Origin: Cytophagales bacterium
GTDB taxonomy: Bacteria; Bacteroidota; Bacteroidia; Cytophagales; UBA9547
DNA: 47,343 bases
NCBI GenBank assembly: GCA_046152935.1
Contig: JBJXGB010000208.1
Location: 1 to 47,343 of the forward strand
Reading direction: 5' to 3'
Both the position numbers and the translations under genes were made by a program. Positions 46,611 through 47,343 of this stretch are shown here, piece by piece; the first letter of the stretch is position 1, and every line of letters begins with the position of its first letter. Below the pieces are notes generated by a model. The model did no database searches, was not told the DNA's origin, and worked only from the letters and a program-made list of their open reading frames with translations.

Positions 46611-47343
46611 TTGAACGTACTTGTTTTTTTGAGTTTAGGAGTTGTACTTTTCCCTTTTTTCGTATTACTGCTTTATACCATCACAAGAAGTAAGAGTTCG
46701 TTATTTCCATGGTTTGCGATTGGAATACAAGCTATTACGTTTACAATCTCCATTTATTTATTCATTAGTATTTTTGGTTATACACCTGTAAATCAGTCGT
46801 TTGATTGGCTTAAGCTCACCGAAGGCATTAGCTTTAGTTTTGGTTTGTATCTTGACGACCATTCGGTCCTCATGCTTTTAGTAGTGCAGTTGGTGTCTTT
46901 GTTAGTGCATATTTATTCGTTCGTTTACTTCGAGGGAGAAACTTCAAGAAACCGCTTTTTTGGATTTCTGGGTTTATTTATCTGTGCGATGAATGGCTTA
47001 GTATTAGCAGATAACTTACTAATGCTGTTTGTTTTTTGGGAATTAGTGGGTTTTGCTTCTTATTTGTTAATAGGCTTTTGGTTTGATAGGGACGGAGCTG
47101 TGGCGGCAAGCAAAAAGGCGTTTATAATTAATAGAATAGCAGATTTAGGCTTTATGGCTGCGATTGTAATCTTTTGGTCTCAATACGATACTTTAAATAT
47201 TCATCAGTTAAAGTATGTAATTTTTCATTTTCACGAATCATTTGCTTGGCTGCACATTGCGGGTTTTGGCTTATTTCTGGCCTGCATGGGCAAATCTGCT
47301 CAATTTCCATTTCAAATTTGGTTGCCAGATGCGATGGAAGGAC
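46611..47343 (+). CDS. nuoL: NADH-quinone oxidoreductase subunit L-like antiporter subunit (partial, runs off the right edge)
   Basis: Absent from the track. From TTG at 46611: LVHIYS, FVFWELVGFASYLLIGFW, KAFIINRIADLG, GKSAQFPFQIWLPDAMEG. Confidence 0.88.
   Translation, partial: MNVLVFLSLGVVLFPFFVLLLYTITRSKSSLFPWFAIGIQAITFTISIYLFISIFGYTPVNQSFDWLKLTEGISFSFGLYLDDHSVLMLLVVQLVSLLVHIYSFVYFEGETSRNRFFGFLGLFICAMNGLVLADNLLMLFVFWELVGFASYLLIGFWFDRDGAVAASKKAFIINRIADLGFMAAIVIFWSQYDTLNIHQLKYVIFHFHESFAWLHIAGFGLFLACMGKSAQFPFQIWLPDAMEG

Overview
AT-rich chromosomal window from a Bacteroidota bacterium, most likely Cytophagales. Support for this: porU-porV, gldA, a type-B T9SS substrate, TAnnTTTG -7 promoters and A-rich leaders without a Shine-Dalgarno. 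It is mostly housekeeping: ppc, tRNA-Leu(CAA), tig, lhgO, hisS, hemB, purS, pssA, gltA, mdh, recX, ppgK and a nuoL-like gene. Three genes are missing from the ORF track: a transglutaminase-DUF2126 gene running off the left edge, a 42-aa bTHX ribosomal protein, and a nuoL-like gene running off the right edge. The most interesting locus is 6.8-11.2 kb. It holds a Cys-containing leader ORF ending in PPP, a His/Met-rich plug-less beta-barrel, two unequal MbnP paralogues and a MauG/MbnH-type di-heme enzyme, with no methanobactin biosynthesis genes. This looks like a chalkophore-independent copper-handling operon under arrest-peptide control. It is transcribed divergently from a prokaryotic pentameric ligand-gated ion channel. 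Other signals are a twice-repeated candidate ECF promoter (TAAACC-N15-YRTCCAA), a terminator-like hairpin inside the mbnH 5' end, two unannotated small proteins, a REP-like palindrome on the Uma2 stop codon and heptamer micro-arrays. I saw no CRISPR array, integrase or transposase. All family calls come from motif recognition; no database search was run.
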